The notes: generated by a model from the letters alone, not told the origin. DNA of 64,000 nt from an uncultured Chloroflexia bacterium (GCA_963712745.1 CAVQJC010000011.1:289617-353616); one strand, 5' to 3'. Shown: positions 19,737 through 28,508, counted from the stretch's first letter. Numbers and translations are program-made.

Positions 19737-20488
19737 GCGACTCGAACCTCGATTCCCTCGCGCCTGAATGGCTCCAGGAGCGCGTTCGGCTGTTGATCCT
19801 CGGCGAATCCGGGGCTGAAGGTCATTCCACAGGCGGCGTACTTCGCCCCGGCTGCCCGGTTGTACGGAAGCAGCTGGACTTCGACCAGGGTGGGCGTCGT
19901 CGTGAGCCACCGGGCGATGGCATCGAGGTTGTCCCTTGTGTCGGTCACGCCCGGCACGAGCGGGACCCGCGCTACGAACGGTCGTGAAAGCCGCTCCAGC
20001 AGCGCCACGTTCCTGAGGATCTGCCCGTTCTCCTGTCCCGTCCAGCGTCGATGGGCATGCGGGTCGATGAGCTTGAGGTCGAGGAACAGGAGGTCGCAGC
20101 GTCCGGCCACGGAACAGAAGCTGTCGGCGTCCGCGTATCCCGAGGTGTCGAGCACGACGTGCGTGTCACCGAGCAGGTCGATGACGTCGGCTACGAAGCC
20201 TGCCTGCATGAGGGGCTCCCCGCCGGAGAACGTGAAGCCGCCTCCGCCCGCGGCCAGGATGTCGACCTGCCCGTTCAGCAGGCCGGCCAGCTCCTCTGCC
20301 TCGTAGCTGCGTCCCACCGTGCGCTCGCCTGCTGGTGAGCGCATCACTTGTGGGGCCATCTCCAGGCCCTCCGGGTTGTGGCACCAGGTGCAGCGAAGCG
20401 GGCAGCCCTTCATGAACACGGTGGTACGGATACCAGGCCCGTCATGGACCGTGAACTCGCGGATGTCGAAGACGATGCCCTGACTCAT
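19733..20488 (-). CDS. Glycyl-radical-enzyme activating protein (radical SAM)
   Basis: 'FTVHDGPGIRTTVFMKGCPLRCTWCHNPE' (CxxxCxxC), 251 aa, no additional ferredoxin-type Cys clusters. Confidence 0.9.
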   Translation of the reverse strand: MSQGIVFDIREFTVHDGPGIRTTVFMKGCPLRCTWCHNPEGLEMAPQVMRSPAGERTVGRSYEAEELAGLLNGQVDILAAGGGGFTFSGGEPLMQAGFVADVIDLLGDTHVVLDTSGYADADSFCSVAGRCDLLFLDLKLIDPHAHRRWTGQENGQILRNVALLERLSRPFVARVPLVPGVTDTRDNLDAIARWLTTTPTLVEVQLLPYNRAAGAKYAACGMTFSPGFAEDQQPNALLEPFRREGIEVRVA

Positions 20489-20519
20489 GGTGTGCGATCC
20501 CCCGGGAGGTGTGGCCCAG

Positions 20520-22118
20520 TCACGCGTCTGCTCCGGCGGATCCGTTCGTGTCGCCCACGTTCCTGTCCGGCAGCATCAAGGTCAGGAGCGACTGCTCGGT
20601 GGCCTCATCGCGTGCGACCTCGGCCGAGATCGAACCCGCGCGCATCACGTAGATGCGATCGCTCATGCTGATGATCTCAGGCAGGTCGGAGGAGATCATG
20701 AGGACCGCTCCGCCCCGGTCGGCGATGGCTTCCATGAGCTGGTAGAGCGCATAGCGCGCCGAGACGTCTACGCCGCGGGTAGGTTCATCGAGGACGTAGA
20801 CGAGCCGGTCGCGAGCCAACCACTTGCCGATCGCCACGCGCTGCTGATTGCCGCCGCTCAGGGTGAACGCTGGCTGGCGCACCGTGCGGGCCACGATGCT
20901 CAGCTCCTCCACCAGCGAGCTTGCCAGTCCTTCCTCCCGACCGGGGCTGACGAGCGGCCCCGGGCCCAGGCGCGGCCACTCCGTGATGGCCAGGTTGCGC
21001 ACGATCGGTAGCGACAGGATGACGCCCTGGTCCTTGCGGTTCTCGGGGACGAAGGCGAATCCGGCGTCGAGACGACGGCGCATCGGCCACGACGTGACGT
21101 CAACTCCGTTGAGGAGCACCGAGCCTGACTCCGCCGGGTCCGCCCCCACGATGACGCGGGCCAGCTCAGTCCTGCCGGCGCCGACCAGTCCGGCGACACC
21201 GACGATCTCACCCCGTCTGACCGTGATCGAGACAGCTGCCGGAGCCCCGACCGGCAGCAGGTCCCGGGTCTCCAGGGCGATGTCACCCGGCGTCGACCGA
21301 CCACGCTGGTAGACCGAGTCGAGATGGCGGCCAACCATCCGCTCGACGATCTCGTCCTTGCTGGTCTCGCTGGTTCGAAGTGTTCCCGTGGAGCGACCAT
21401 CCTTCAGGACCGAGACCCGGTCAGAGATGGTGAAGACCTCGTCGAGTCGATGCGTGACGAAGAGGATGCCTAATCCCTCCGAGCGCAGCCGTCGCAGCAG
21501 TTCGAAGAGTCGCTCCGTCTCGAAACGGCTGAGGCTGGCCGTGGGTTCATCAAGGATGAGGATGCGCGAGCGTTCGTTCAGCGCCCGCGCGATCTCCACC
21601 AGCTGCTGCTGCGACGTCGAGAGTCGCTCGACCGGGGTGTCCGGATCGATGGCCACGCTGAGCGTGGCGATGGCGTCGGTCGCCTGCCGCCGCATCTCGC
21701 CCTTGTCCAGGCGGCGTCCCCGACGCAACTCCCGACCCAGGAACATGTTCTCCACGACCGTCAGGTGTGGCGCCAGGCTGAACTCCTGCCAGATGACCGC
21801 GATGCCCTCCTTGCGCACCCGGGAGATCGTGGTCTCCCCGCGGTAGCGGCCCATCACATGCAGGCTCCCGCCCTCGTAGGGGAGGGCCCCACCGAGGATC
21901 TTGATCAGCGTCGACTTGCCGGCGCCGTTCTCGCCTACGAGCGCGTGGACCTCGCCCGCTCGCAGCTCGAGGGAGGCATCCGCCAACAGCAGCACATCCG
22001 TGCCCCGGATCGGCCGACCTTCGTCGTCGTACGCGAACTTCTGCACGTGTTGGGCGTCAAGCAGGACGGTCTCTGCAGTCTCTTGAGTCGCCGCAGCGCC
22101 TTCTCCCACGGTCGTCAC
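20520..22118 (-). CDS. Sugar ABC transporter ATP-binding protein (duplicated ATPase)
   Basis: 'GENGAGKST', 'LSTSQQQLVEI', 'LSGGNQQRV', 532 aa. Confidence 0.9.
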   Translation of the reverse strand: MTTVGEGAAATQETAETVLLDAQHVQKFAYDDEGRPIRGTDVLLLADASLELRAGEVHALVGENGAGKSTLIKILGGALPYEGGSLHVMGRYRGETTISRVRKEGIAVIWQEFSLAPHLTVVENMFLGRELRRGRRLDKGEMRRQATDAIATLSVAIDPDTPVERLSTSQQQLVEIARALNERSRILILDEPTASLSRFETERLFELLRRLRSEGLGILFVTHRLDEVFTISDRVSVLKDGRSTGTLRTSETSKDEIVERMVGRHLDSVYQRGRSTPGDIALETRDLLPVGAPAAVSITVRRGEIVGVAGLVGAGRTELARVIVGADPAESGSVLLNGVDVTSWPMRRRLDAGFAFVPENRKDQGVILSLPIVRNLAITEWPRLGPGPLVSPGREEGLASSLVEELSIVARTVRQPAFTLSGGNQQRVAIGKWLARDRLVYVLDEPTRGVDVSARYALYQLMEAIADRGGAVLMISSDLPEIISMSDRIYVMRAGSISAEVARDEATEQSLLTLMLPDRNVGDTNGSAGADA

Positions 22119-23155
22119 GTCCGTTCGCCCAGGTATCGACTACGCGCGGCGTCGATGACCAGTGATGTGACGATGAGCAGGCCCATCACCGCCTGGTAGA
22201 GGAGTGGCGTGATGTTGAGCAGGACGATGCAGTTGCCGATGGTGCGGATGATGATGGCGCCGATGATCACCCCTACCACGGTGCCGCGGCCGCCGAAGAG
22301 GCTGGTGCCGCCGACGACCGCAGCAGTGATGGTCTCGAAGGTCGTGTTGAAGCCGCCGAGCGTCGGCACGCCGATCTGCACACGGGAGGTGAGCATCACT
22401 GCCGCCAGGGCGGCCATCCCGCTCCCGATGGCGAAGCAGGTCACGACGATCCTGGGGACGCGGATGCCGGAGAGGCCGGCGGTCACGCGGTTGTAGCCGA
22501 CAGCTACGACCGAGCGGCCGAACGTCGAGCGGTTGAGCACGATCCAGGCGAGAGCAGCCACTACTGCCGCCAAGACCACGAGATAGGGGATCCCGAAGAG
22601 GAATCCGGTCTGCAGACCGACGAACAGGTCGTCGGCCGGCATCGAGAGCATGCTGCCCGCCGAGATCATCTGCGCGATGGCGTAGGCGATGTAGAAGCTG
22701 CCCAGGGTCGTGATGAAGGCCGGGATACGGACCCACTGGACGAGGACGCCGTTGAACAGACCGAAGGCGACGCCTGTCCCGAGGGCCACTGTAAGCGACA
22801 AGGCAAAGTTGCCAGTCTCGATCATGACCGTCACGAGGACGACCGATGTCAGGCCGTACACCGCGCCCACCGACAGGTCGATGCCGCCGATAAGCAGTAC
22901 GAACAGGATGCCGATCGCCGCGACCGAGAGGTCAGAAGCCTGACGCAGGACATTGCGGATGTTGTCGAGGCTCCCGAAGTTCGGTACGAACAGGGCCGCC
23001 AGGATCCACATCACGATGAGGAGCCCCAACAGGCCCAAGGTCGGGTTCCGGCTGATCCGATCCCACATCGCGGCCAGGCGACCTCGCGAGGTCGCCGCGG
23101 CGGGCTCGGGGGTGGTCCGGGGCCCGCCTGTCACGGTCCTCTCGGGATCGCTCAT
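22115..23155 (-). CDS. Sugar ABC transporter permease (CUT2)
   Basis: Multi-TM with 'GGIDLSVGAV'. 4-nt overlaps on both sides. Confidence 0.9.
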   Translation of the reverse strand: MSDPERTVTGGPRTTPEPAAATSRGRLAAMWDRISRNPTLGLLGLLIVMWILAALFVPNFGSLDNIRNVLRQASDLSVAAIGILFVLLIGGIDLSVGAVYGLTSVVLVTVMIETGNFALSLTVALGTGVAFGLFNGVLVQWVRIPAFITTLGSFYIAYAIAQMISAGSMLSMPADDLFVGLQTGFLFGIPYLVVLAAVVAALAWIVLNRSTFGRSVVAVGYNRVTAGLSGIRVPRIVVTCFAIGSGMAALAAVMLTSRVQIGVPTLGGFNTTFETITAAVVGGTSLFGGRGTVVGVIIGAIIIRTIGNCIVLLNITPLLYQAVMGLLIVTSLVIDAARSRYLGERT

Positions 23156-24075
23156 GTGCTGCGGACGCCCCGGGCGCGCACGACTGCCCTGCTCAGGGCA
23201 TCACGAAGGACCGGACCCTGGACCGTCACGAGCACCGCCAGGATGATGAGCATGCCCGTGACGAGGTCCTGCATGAACGGTTGCACACCCTGCAGGTTCA
23301 GGATGTTGCGGATCGCGACCAGGAAGACGGCACCCGCGCCGGCGGCCCAGAGATGTCCGCGGCCGCCGAAGAGGTCGACTCCTCCGATGACGCAAGCGGC
23401 CACAGCGGACAGCGTGAACGGTTCCCCCTGCAGCGGGCTGGCCGTTCCCAGTCGCGCGGCCAGCATCGTTCCGGCCGTTGCGGCCAGCAGCCCGGACACG
23501 ACATAGGCACTTGACAGGATGCGGAGGACCGGGACACCGGATAGGCGGGCAACGGCCAGGTTGTCTCCCGTCGCTCGCAGGTGCACGCCCCAGCTCGTCA
23601 TGCGCCAGACAACCTCCAGCAGGACGAGGACGGTGACTGCCAAGACGACCAGGTAGGGGATCCCGAGGACGCCATCGTTACCGAGCGACACCAACTCGGG
23701 CGGGAGGAGCGGGCGACCGACCAGGTCGGCCAGATAGAGGGCCAGGCCGGCGGCGATGCCCAGCGTTCCAAAGGTAGCGATGAACGGCGGCAGCTTGAGG
23801 CGGGAGACGATGACGGCATTGATGGCTCCGAACGCCACGCCCGCCGCCAGGCCGGCGATCACGGCCAGCGGCCAGGCTACGCCGATGCTCACGAGCGCGA
23901 CCTCCAGCACGCCCACGAGAGACATCACGCCACCGATCGACAGATCGATACCGCCGGTGACGATGACGAGGGTCATGCCGAACGCCGCCACCGACAGGAT
24001 CGCTGCCTGGGACACGACGTTCTCGAGGTTGGGGAGCGTCGCGAAGTAGGGCACGAACTGGCCCACGAGCAGCAC
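23152..24075 (-). CDS. Sugar ABC transporter permease (CUT2); the 5' end appears frame-disrupted (likely original start ATG 24143)
   Basis: 'GGIDLSIGGV' permease body. As read from GTG 24075 the first TM helix is missing. It is encoded in another frame (SLPLLLIAVA) just upstream, behind an SD-ATG at 24143. Confidence 0.8.
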   Translation of the reverse strand: MLLVGQFVPYFATLPNLENVVSQAAILSVAAFGMTLVIVTGGIDLSIGGVMSLVGVLEVALVSIGVAWPLAVIAGLAAGVAFGAINAVIVSRLKLPPFIATFGTLGIAAGLALYLADLVGRPLLPPELVSLGNDGVLGIPYLVVLAVTVLVLLEVVWRMTSWGVHLRATGDNLAVARLSGVPVLRILSSAYVVSGLLAATAGTMLAARLGTASPLQGEPFTLSAVAACVIGGVDLFGGRGHLWAAGAGAVFLVAIRNILNLQGVQPFMQDLVTGMLIILAVLVTVQGPVLRDALSRAVVRARGVRST

Positions 24076-24169
24076 GCGCCACGGCGATCAGCAGCAACGG
24101 CAGCGATCGCGCGTGGCAGTCGGTCCCTCTGGCGGCTGGGCATCCCCAGGGCCTCCGCTGAAGAGCTGG

Positions 24170-24190
24170 CGCACCCCCGTGCGGGGTGCG
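24170..24190 (-). terminator. Intercistronic GC-rich stem-loop (8-bp stem, 5-nt loop) just after the binding-protein gene; attenuator or mRNA-stabiliser type
   Basis: On the minus strand CGCACCCC-gcacg-GGGGTGCG. No U-tract. It sits between the SBP stop (24216) and the permease start. Confidence 0.35.
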
Positions 24191-24215
24191 TCAGCGCACT
24201 TGGACTGGGTGGACC

Positions 24216-25184
24216 CTAGAAGGCCTTCTCCATGGCCTCTTCGGCGTTGTCGATCGTCACCGTGGTGGTGCCTGAATCGATGTACTTCTCGAGTGAGCCG
24301 GGCTCGATCTCACCGTTCGCGATGCCCACAGCGAACTCTGCCGCCATGGAGCCCATGGCCATCGGGTCCTGGGTGTTGTCAGCCAGGAGCTTGCCGTCGA
24401 GGACGCCCTGGATGCCGACCGTGGAACCGTCGATGGCGAGGACCGCCACGTCGGTCTTGCCTGCCCCGGCGAGTGCCTGGAGGATGCCGTCGACCATGAC
24501 GTCACTGGCCGAAAGGACGGCCTGGAGGTCGGGGTTGGCGGTCAGGATGTTCTCCATCGCGGCCAATGCCATGGCGTTGTCCCATTCCCCGGTGGCAGAC
24601 GCCACAGGCGTGATCCCGCCCGAGGCCAGGCCCTCGTTGAAGCCGGTGAGGCGGTCGTCGCCGGCAACCGAGCCGGGTGCGCCCTCGATGATGGCGACCT
24701 TGAGCTCGGGATCGGGCATCGCCGTGACGAGATACGTCGCCAACTCGCGCCCGGCATTCACGTTGTCGGTCGCGATGAGGGTCTCGTACAGCTCTTCGTT
24801 GCCGGCCGCGATGGGCTGGTCGACCAGGATGACCGGGACGCCGGCATCCTTGGCCTTCTGCAGCGCCGGCAGGACCGCCGAACCGTCGAGCGGGCTCACG
24901 ATGATGCCGTCGACCTGCTGCGTGACGAGGTCTTCCAGCTGGCTGGACTGGCTGGCCACAGCGGTCTGCCCACCAGCGACCAGCAGCTGGACCGTACCGC
25001 CCAGCTCCTCGACCTTGTCCGTTGCCGCCTGCACCCAGGCGGCCTGGAACGGATCGTTGGTGATGGTCTTGACGGACAGTCCGATGACCGGGCCGTCGTC
25101 CTGGGCGACCGCGCCCGCGGGCACCATCGCCACAACTAGTGCTGCTGCCGCAATGACAGCTGAGCTGACACCAAGACGTCGCAT
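24216..25184 (-). CDS. Sugar ABC substrate-binding protein (PBP type I, ribose/arabinose-like)
   Basis: GGAGA SD plus ATG 25184. Signal peptide MRRLGVSSAVIAAAALVVAMVPAGAVAQDD. Periplasmic-binding fold length (322 aa). Confidence 0.85.
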   Translation of the reverse strand: MRRLGVSSAVIAAAALVVAMVPAGAVAQDDGPVIGLSVKTITNDPFQAAWVQAATDKVEELGGTVQLLVAGGQTAVASQSSQLEDLVTQQVDGIIVSPLDGSAVLPALQKAKDAGVPVILVDQPIAAGNEELYETLIATDNVNAGRELATYLVTAMPDPELKVAIIEGAPGSVAGDDRLTGFNEGLASGGITPVASATGEWDNAMALAAMENILTANPDLQAVLSASDVMVDGILQALAGAGKTDVAVLAIDGSTVGIQGVLDGKLLADNTQDPMAMGSMAAEFAVGIANGEIEPGSLEKYIDSGTTTVTIDNAEEAMEKAF

Positions 25185-25378
25185 GAGTGATTCTCCGTTC
25201 TTGTGGTCTTTCGGCCACACTTCTGTCTTCGCCGTGGATGCCTCGGATGCCGTTGACTGGGTCCTGGGCGCCGATATCAGCGCCCGCCGCCGGCTCGGTT
25301 CATCCGTTACCATCCGGTGGTCTCGTTCGTAGTGGCCCGGTTCGTCACCCCCCTCCGCCTGCAGACTGTGATGAGTTC

Positions 25379-26881
25379 CTAGACGGCACCGGCAAGATGC
25401 CAGTAGGCGTTGCTCCACTGCACTTCCTTGCGGAAGCGGCGAGCCGTCGTGTCAGCGTCGATGGCGACCAGCTCGACCCCGACCATCTCGGCGAAGTCCT
25501 CGATGACCTCGAGACCGACCGCCTGCGAGTAGGCCGTGTGGTGCGGGCCGCCCGCCAACAGCCACGACTCGGCCGCGGTGGTGAAGTCCGGCTTGGGCAC
25601 CCACAACGCACGGGCCACAGGCAGCTTCGGCAGGTCCGAGGGCGGGTCGATGGCGTCGATCTCGTTGGCCACCAAGCGCAGGCGCGTGCCCATGTCGACC
25701 AGGCCCACCACGACACCCGGACCGGCGGCACCGCTGAACACGAGTCGCACCGGGTCCTCGCGTTCGCCCACGAAGAGGGGATGGATCTCGCATGCGGGCG
25801 TGGCGGCGGCGATGGTCGGACAGATCTCCAGCATGTGCGCCCCGAGCACGGCCGTCTGCGGTGCCCCGAAGTCGTAGGTGTAGTCCTCCATGAACGAGAC
25901 GCCACCCTCGAGCCCTTCGCTCATGGCCTTGACGATGCGCACGAGCATCGACGACTTCCAGTCGCCCTCCGCGCCGAAGCCATAGCCGTCGGCCATGAGC
26001 CGCTGGGCCCCGATGCCCGGCAGCTGCTTCAGGCCGCCCAGGTCCTCGAAGGTGTCGACGAAGGCCATCGAACCGCGCTCGGTGAGGAAGGCCCGCAGGC
26101 CCAGCTCGATGCGGGCCGCATCACGCAGGGACTCGCGCCGGTCGCCTCCGGGGCGCAGCTCGGGCACGACCTCGTAGCGCTCGTCGTACTCGGCGCAGAG
26201 TCGGTCGACCTCGGCATCGGCCACCTGGTCCACGACCGCGGCCAGCTCGTTGACCGGGTAGGTGTTGCAGGCGGCGCCGAAGCGGGCCTGCACCTCGACC
26301 TTGTCGCCGTCGGTGTCGGCCACCTCGCGCATGTTGTCGCCGAAGCGGATGACCCGCAGGTCGCGCGCCTCGTGGGCGCCGGCCGCCGCGCGCATCCAGG
26401 CGCCGACACGACGCTGCACGCCCGCCTCCTGCCAGTGGCCGGCCACGGTCTTGCGCGGTATCCGCAGGCGCGACACGATGTAGGCGAACTCGCGGTCGCC
26501 ATGGGCCGACTGGTTGAGGTTCATGAACTCCATGTCGATGGCGCCGTAGGGCAGGTCGGCGCCGTACTGGGTATGCAGGTGCAGGAACGGCTTGGTCAAC
26601 GCCTGCAGCCCCGCGATCCACATCTTGGCCGGGCTGAACGTGTGCATCCAGCCGATGACGCCGATGCAGCTGTCGTCCGCGGAGGCATCGATGCAGGCGC
26701 GGCGGATGCCATCAGGGTCGAGCAGCGTGGGTGTGTGAACGATCTCGACAGGGATGTCCGGAGCGGCCCCAAGGCCAGCGACGATACGTGCTGATTGCTC
26801 GGCGACTTGCCGCCGAGTCTCCTCGCCGTAGTAGTGCAGGCTCCCCGTCAGGAAGATGATCCGCAGCCCGTCGAACGCCAT
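25379..26881 (-). CDS. araA: L-arabinose isomerase
   Basis: 'WMHTFSPAKMWI.GL', 'IDMEFMNLNQSAHGDREF', 500 aa from ATG 26881 (GAGGAGGAAG SD). Confidence 0.9.
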   Translation of the reverse strand: MAFDGLRIIFLTGSLHYYGEETRRQVAEQSARIVAGLGAAPDIPVEIVHTPTLLDPDGIRRACIDASADDSCIGVIGWMHTFSPAKMWIAGLQALTKPFLHLHTQYGADLPYGAIDMEFMNLNQSAHGDREFAYIVSRLRIPRKTVAGHWQEAGVQRRVGAWMRAAAGAHEARDLRVIRFGDNMREVADTDGDKVEVQARFGAACNTYPVNELAAVVDQVADAEVDRLCAEYDERYEVVPELRPGGDRRESLRDAARIELGLRAFLTERGSMAFVDTFEDLGGLKQLPGIGAQRLMADGYGFGAEGDWKSSMLVRIVKAMSEGLEGGVSFMEDYTYDFGAPQTAVLGAHMLEICPTIAAATPACEIHPLFVGEREDPVRLVFSGAAGPGVVVGLVDMGTRLRLVANEIDAIDPPSDLPKLPVARALWVPKPDFTTAAESWLLAGGPHHTAYSQAVGLEVIEDFAEMVGVELVAIDADTTARRFRKEVQWSNAYWHLAGAV

Positions 26882-26925
26882 TCCGAACTTCCTCCTCGGC
26901 CTGGATGGGCCCAAGTCCCTATGAC

Positions 26926-26953
26926 TGCAAGCGATTGTATGCAAGCGCATGTG
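26926..26953. promoter_or_regulatory. Two adjacent TGCAAGCG-containing half-palindromes (TGCAAGCGATTGTA / TGCAAGCGCATGTG); candidate LacI-family operators between araA and lacI
   Basis: They resemble the TG-AA-CG..-TT-CA architecture of LacI/GalR operators and lie in the divergent intergenic region. Confidence 0.25.
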
Positions 26954-27052
26954 CCAGCGTCAACCAGTACGCTGGAGCCCCATAGGCGTCAATGACACGA
27001 CCCGATGCAGCCCGGCCGCTACGATGGGAGGCCGGAGGCACCAAGGACAGCC

Positions 27053-28165
27053 ATGACACGAGCCAAGCGGCGAGTTCACCCGAGTCCTGTCGACACCACG
27101 CCCGCCGTGTCCGCGAATGTCGCTGCGGGCGTGCCCACGATGCGTGACATCGCCAAGGCCACCAGCGTCTCGCAATCGACGGTGTCACGGATCCTGAGCG
27201 GCACTCCCACTGCCATCCCCATCGCGGAGGCGACACGCGAACGGGTCCTGGAGACGGCCAAGCGTCTCGGCTACAGACCCAACCCACTGGCGCGTGGACT
27301 GATGGGCGCACGGACCATGCTTCTCGGCGCCATCGTCCGAGACATCACCGACCCGAGCTTTCCAGCCATCATCGAGGCTGTCACCACCGAAGCCGGCAGA
27401 CACGGCTACAACGTCGTGCTGGGCCATGCCCGAGGGAGCGCAGGCGAAGCGGTCGAGCTCTGGGCCATCCTGGAATCGCGCCACTGCGACGCGATCCTGT
27501 TGCTTGGTGACTTGAGCAATCAGCCGGCGCTCATCGAAGGCCTTGAGAGCACGCGCGAGCCGGTCGTGGCGCTCTGGCACGGCTCACGTTCTACCGTGAT
27601 CCCGACCGTCAACGTCAACAACCGCAGCGCGATCACGACCCTGATGGAGCATCTCGCCTCGCTGGGGCACGAGCGCATCGCCTTCGTCGGCAGGAAGCAG
27701 TTGGGAGACATCGTAGAGCGTGGGGAGGCCTATGAGGCCTTCCTCGAGCGCCAAGGCTGGCAGATCAACCCGGAGTACATGCCAGACGCCATCAACGAGT
27801 ACGAAGGCGGCATGGAGGCGCTGCATCGTCTGATGGATCTGGAGGAGCCCCCGACGGCCATCGTCGGCGCGACCGATGTCCTTGCCATCGGCCTGGTGCA
27901 CGCGGCGCTCCAGCGGGGCCTCCGGGTGCCGGAGGATGTGTCGGTGACCGGTATCGACGACATCCCGGGGGCTCATGTGATCATGCCGCCCCTGACGACG
28001 ATGCGGATGCCCGTGCGGGCCATGGTCAAGGCCGCGATAGACATCGCCATCGGCTCGCTTGATCGAGAGTCCCACCCCGTGGTGGATGTCCACCCGGTGT
28101 TCGAGGCCGAACTCGTGGTTCGCGGTTCCACGGGGCCCCCACCTGATGCACCGACACGCGCATGA
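27053..28165 (+). CDS. LacI-family transcriptional regulator; start uncertain
   Basis: 'PTMRDIAKATSVSQSTVSRILSG' HTH plus a periplasmic-binding-like effector domain. Confidence 0.85.
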   Translation: MTRAKRRVHPSPVDTTPAVSANVAAGVPTMRDIAKATSVSQSTVSRILSGTPTAIPIAEATRERVLETAKRLGYRPNPLARGLMGARTMLLGAIVRDITDPSFPAIIEAVTTEAGRHGYNVVLGHARGSAGEAVELWAILESRHCDAILLLGDLSNQPALIEGLESTREPVVALWHGSRSTVIPTVNVNNRSAITTLMEHLASLGHERIAFVGRKQLGDIVERGEAYEAFLERQGWQINPEYMPDAINEYEGGMEALHRLMDLEEPPTAIVGATDVLAIGLVHAALQRGLRVPEDVSVTGIDDIPGAHVIMPPLTTMRMPVRAMVKAAIDIAIGSLDRESHPVVDVHPVFEAELVVRGSTGPPPDAPTRA

Positions 28166-28433
28166 CCGCGCCTCGCTTCGCCGTGCACCTCGATCGTTAG
28201 CCTGCCCGGCGCAACTCGGCTACCAGGGGCGACTCAGGTCATGCGGCCCCAACGGCGCCAACGGCCTCGCCGCCCGCCGTCTTCTCGCGCAGTATCCATC
28301 CGAGGGTCGCTCGCTCGATCGCGTCACCACGCACTGGACTGTCCGGTGGAGGCCAAGGTGGAGCTGACGGCCAAGAGGAAGCATCAAGGCCCCGAGAAGG
28401 TAGTCCCGAGGCCTGTGTCACGAATCGAAGAGT

Positions 28434-28508
28434 TGGCTGGCGAGGAAGGATTCGAACCTTCAATCCCCTGATCCAGAGTCAGGTGCCTTACCGTTTGGCC
28501 ACTCGCCA
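28434..28508 (-). tRNA. tRNA-Gln (anticodon CUG), CCA encoded
   Basis: Manual cloverleaf: acceptor TGGCGAG/CTCGCCA, D-arm GCC-AAACGGTAA-GGC, anticodon arm CCTGA-CTCTGGA-TCAGG, T-arm GAAGG-TTCGAAT-CCTTC, discriminator G, CCA. Confidence 0.9.

Noticed and set aside
17655-19796. 713-aa ORF on the plus strand, antisense to the glycyl-radical enzyme. Similar long antisense ORFs occur at 1348-2340, 9339-10667, 12548-13861, 14331-15404, 25187-26794, 28460-29968, 35391-36635, 43763-44965, 51857-53113, 54848-56188, 56909-58264 and 61617-62753.
   Set aside because: These are typical shadow ORFs of high-GC DNA. Their translations are Arg/Gly/Asp/His-rich with no recognisable motifs, and G/C is not concentrated at their third positions. 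The opposite strand encodes proteins with clear family signatures.
19737-19910. An N-terminal 58-aa extension of the GRE ORF (track start 19910). Similar upstream extensions occur on araA (to 26950), the SBP (to 25418), NuoF-like (to 62924), NuoE-like (to 63457) and E1beta (to 36992).
   Set aside because: The extensions overlap the upstream gene's coding region, are Arg/Pro/Gly-rich, and internal ATG/GTG starts with SD sequences or start/stop overlaps give family-typical N-termini.
28166-28433. A possible integrase remnant between lacI and tRNA-Gln, expected if the tRNA-flanked region is an island
   Set aside because: None of the six frames gives anything resembling a tyrosine or serine recombinase by eye, only short Arg/Pro-rich ORFs. 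It is left as 'no integrase detectable' rather than annotated.
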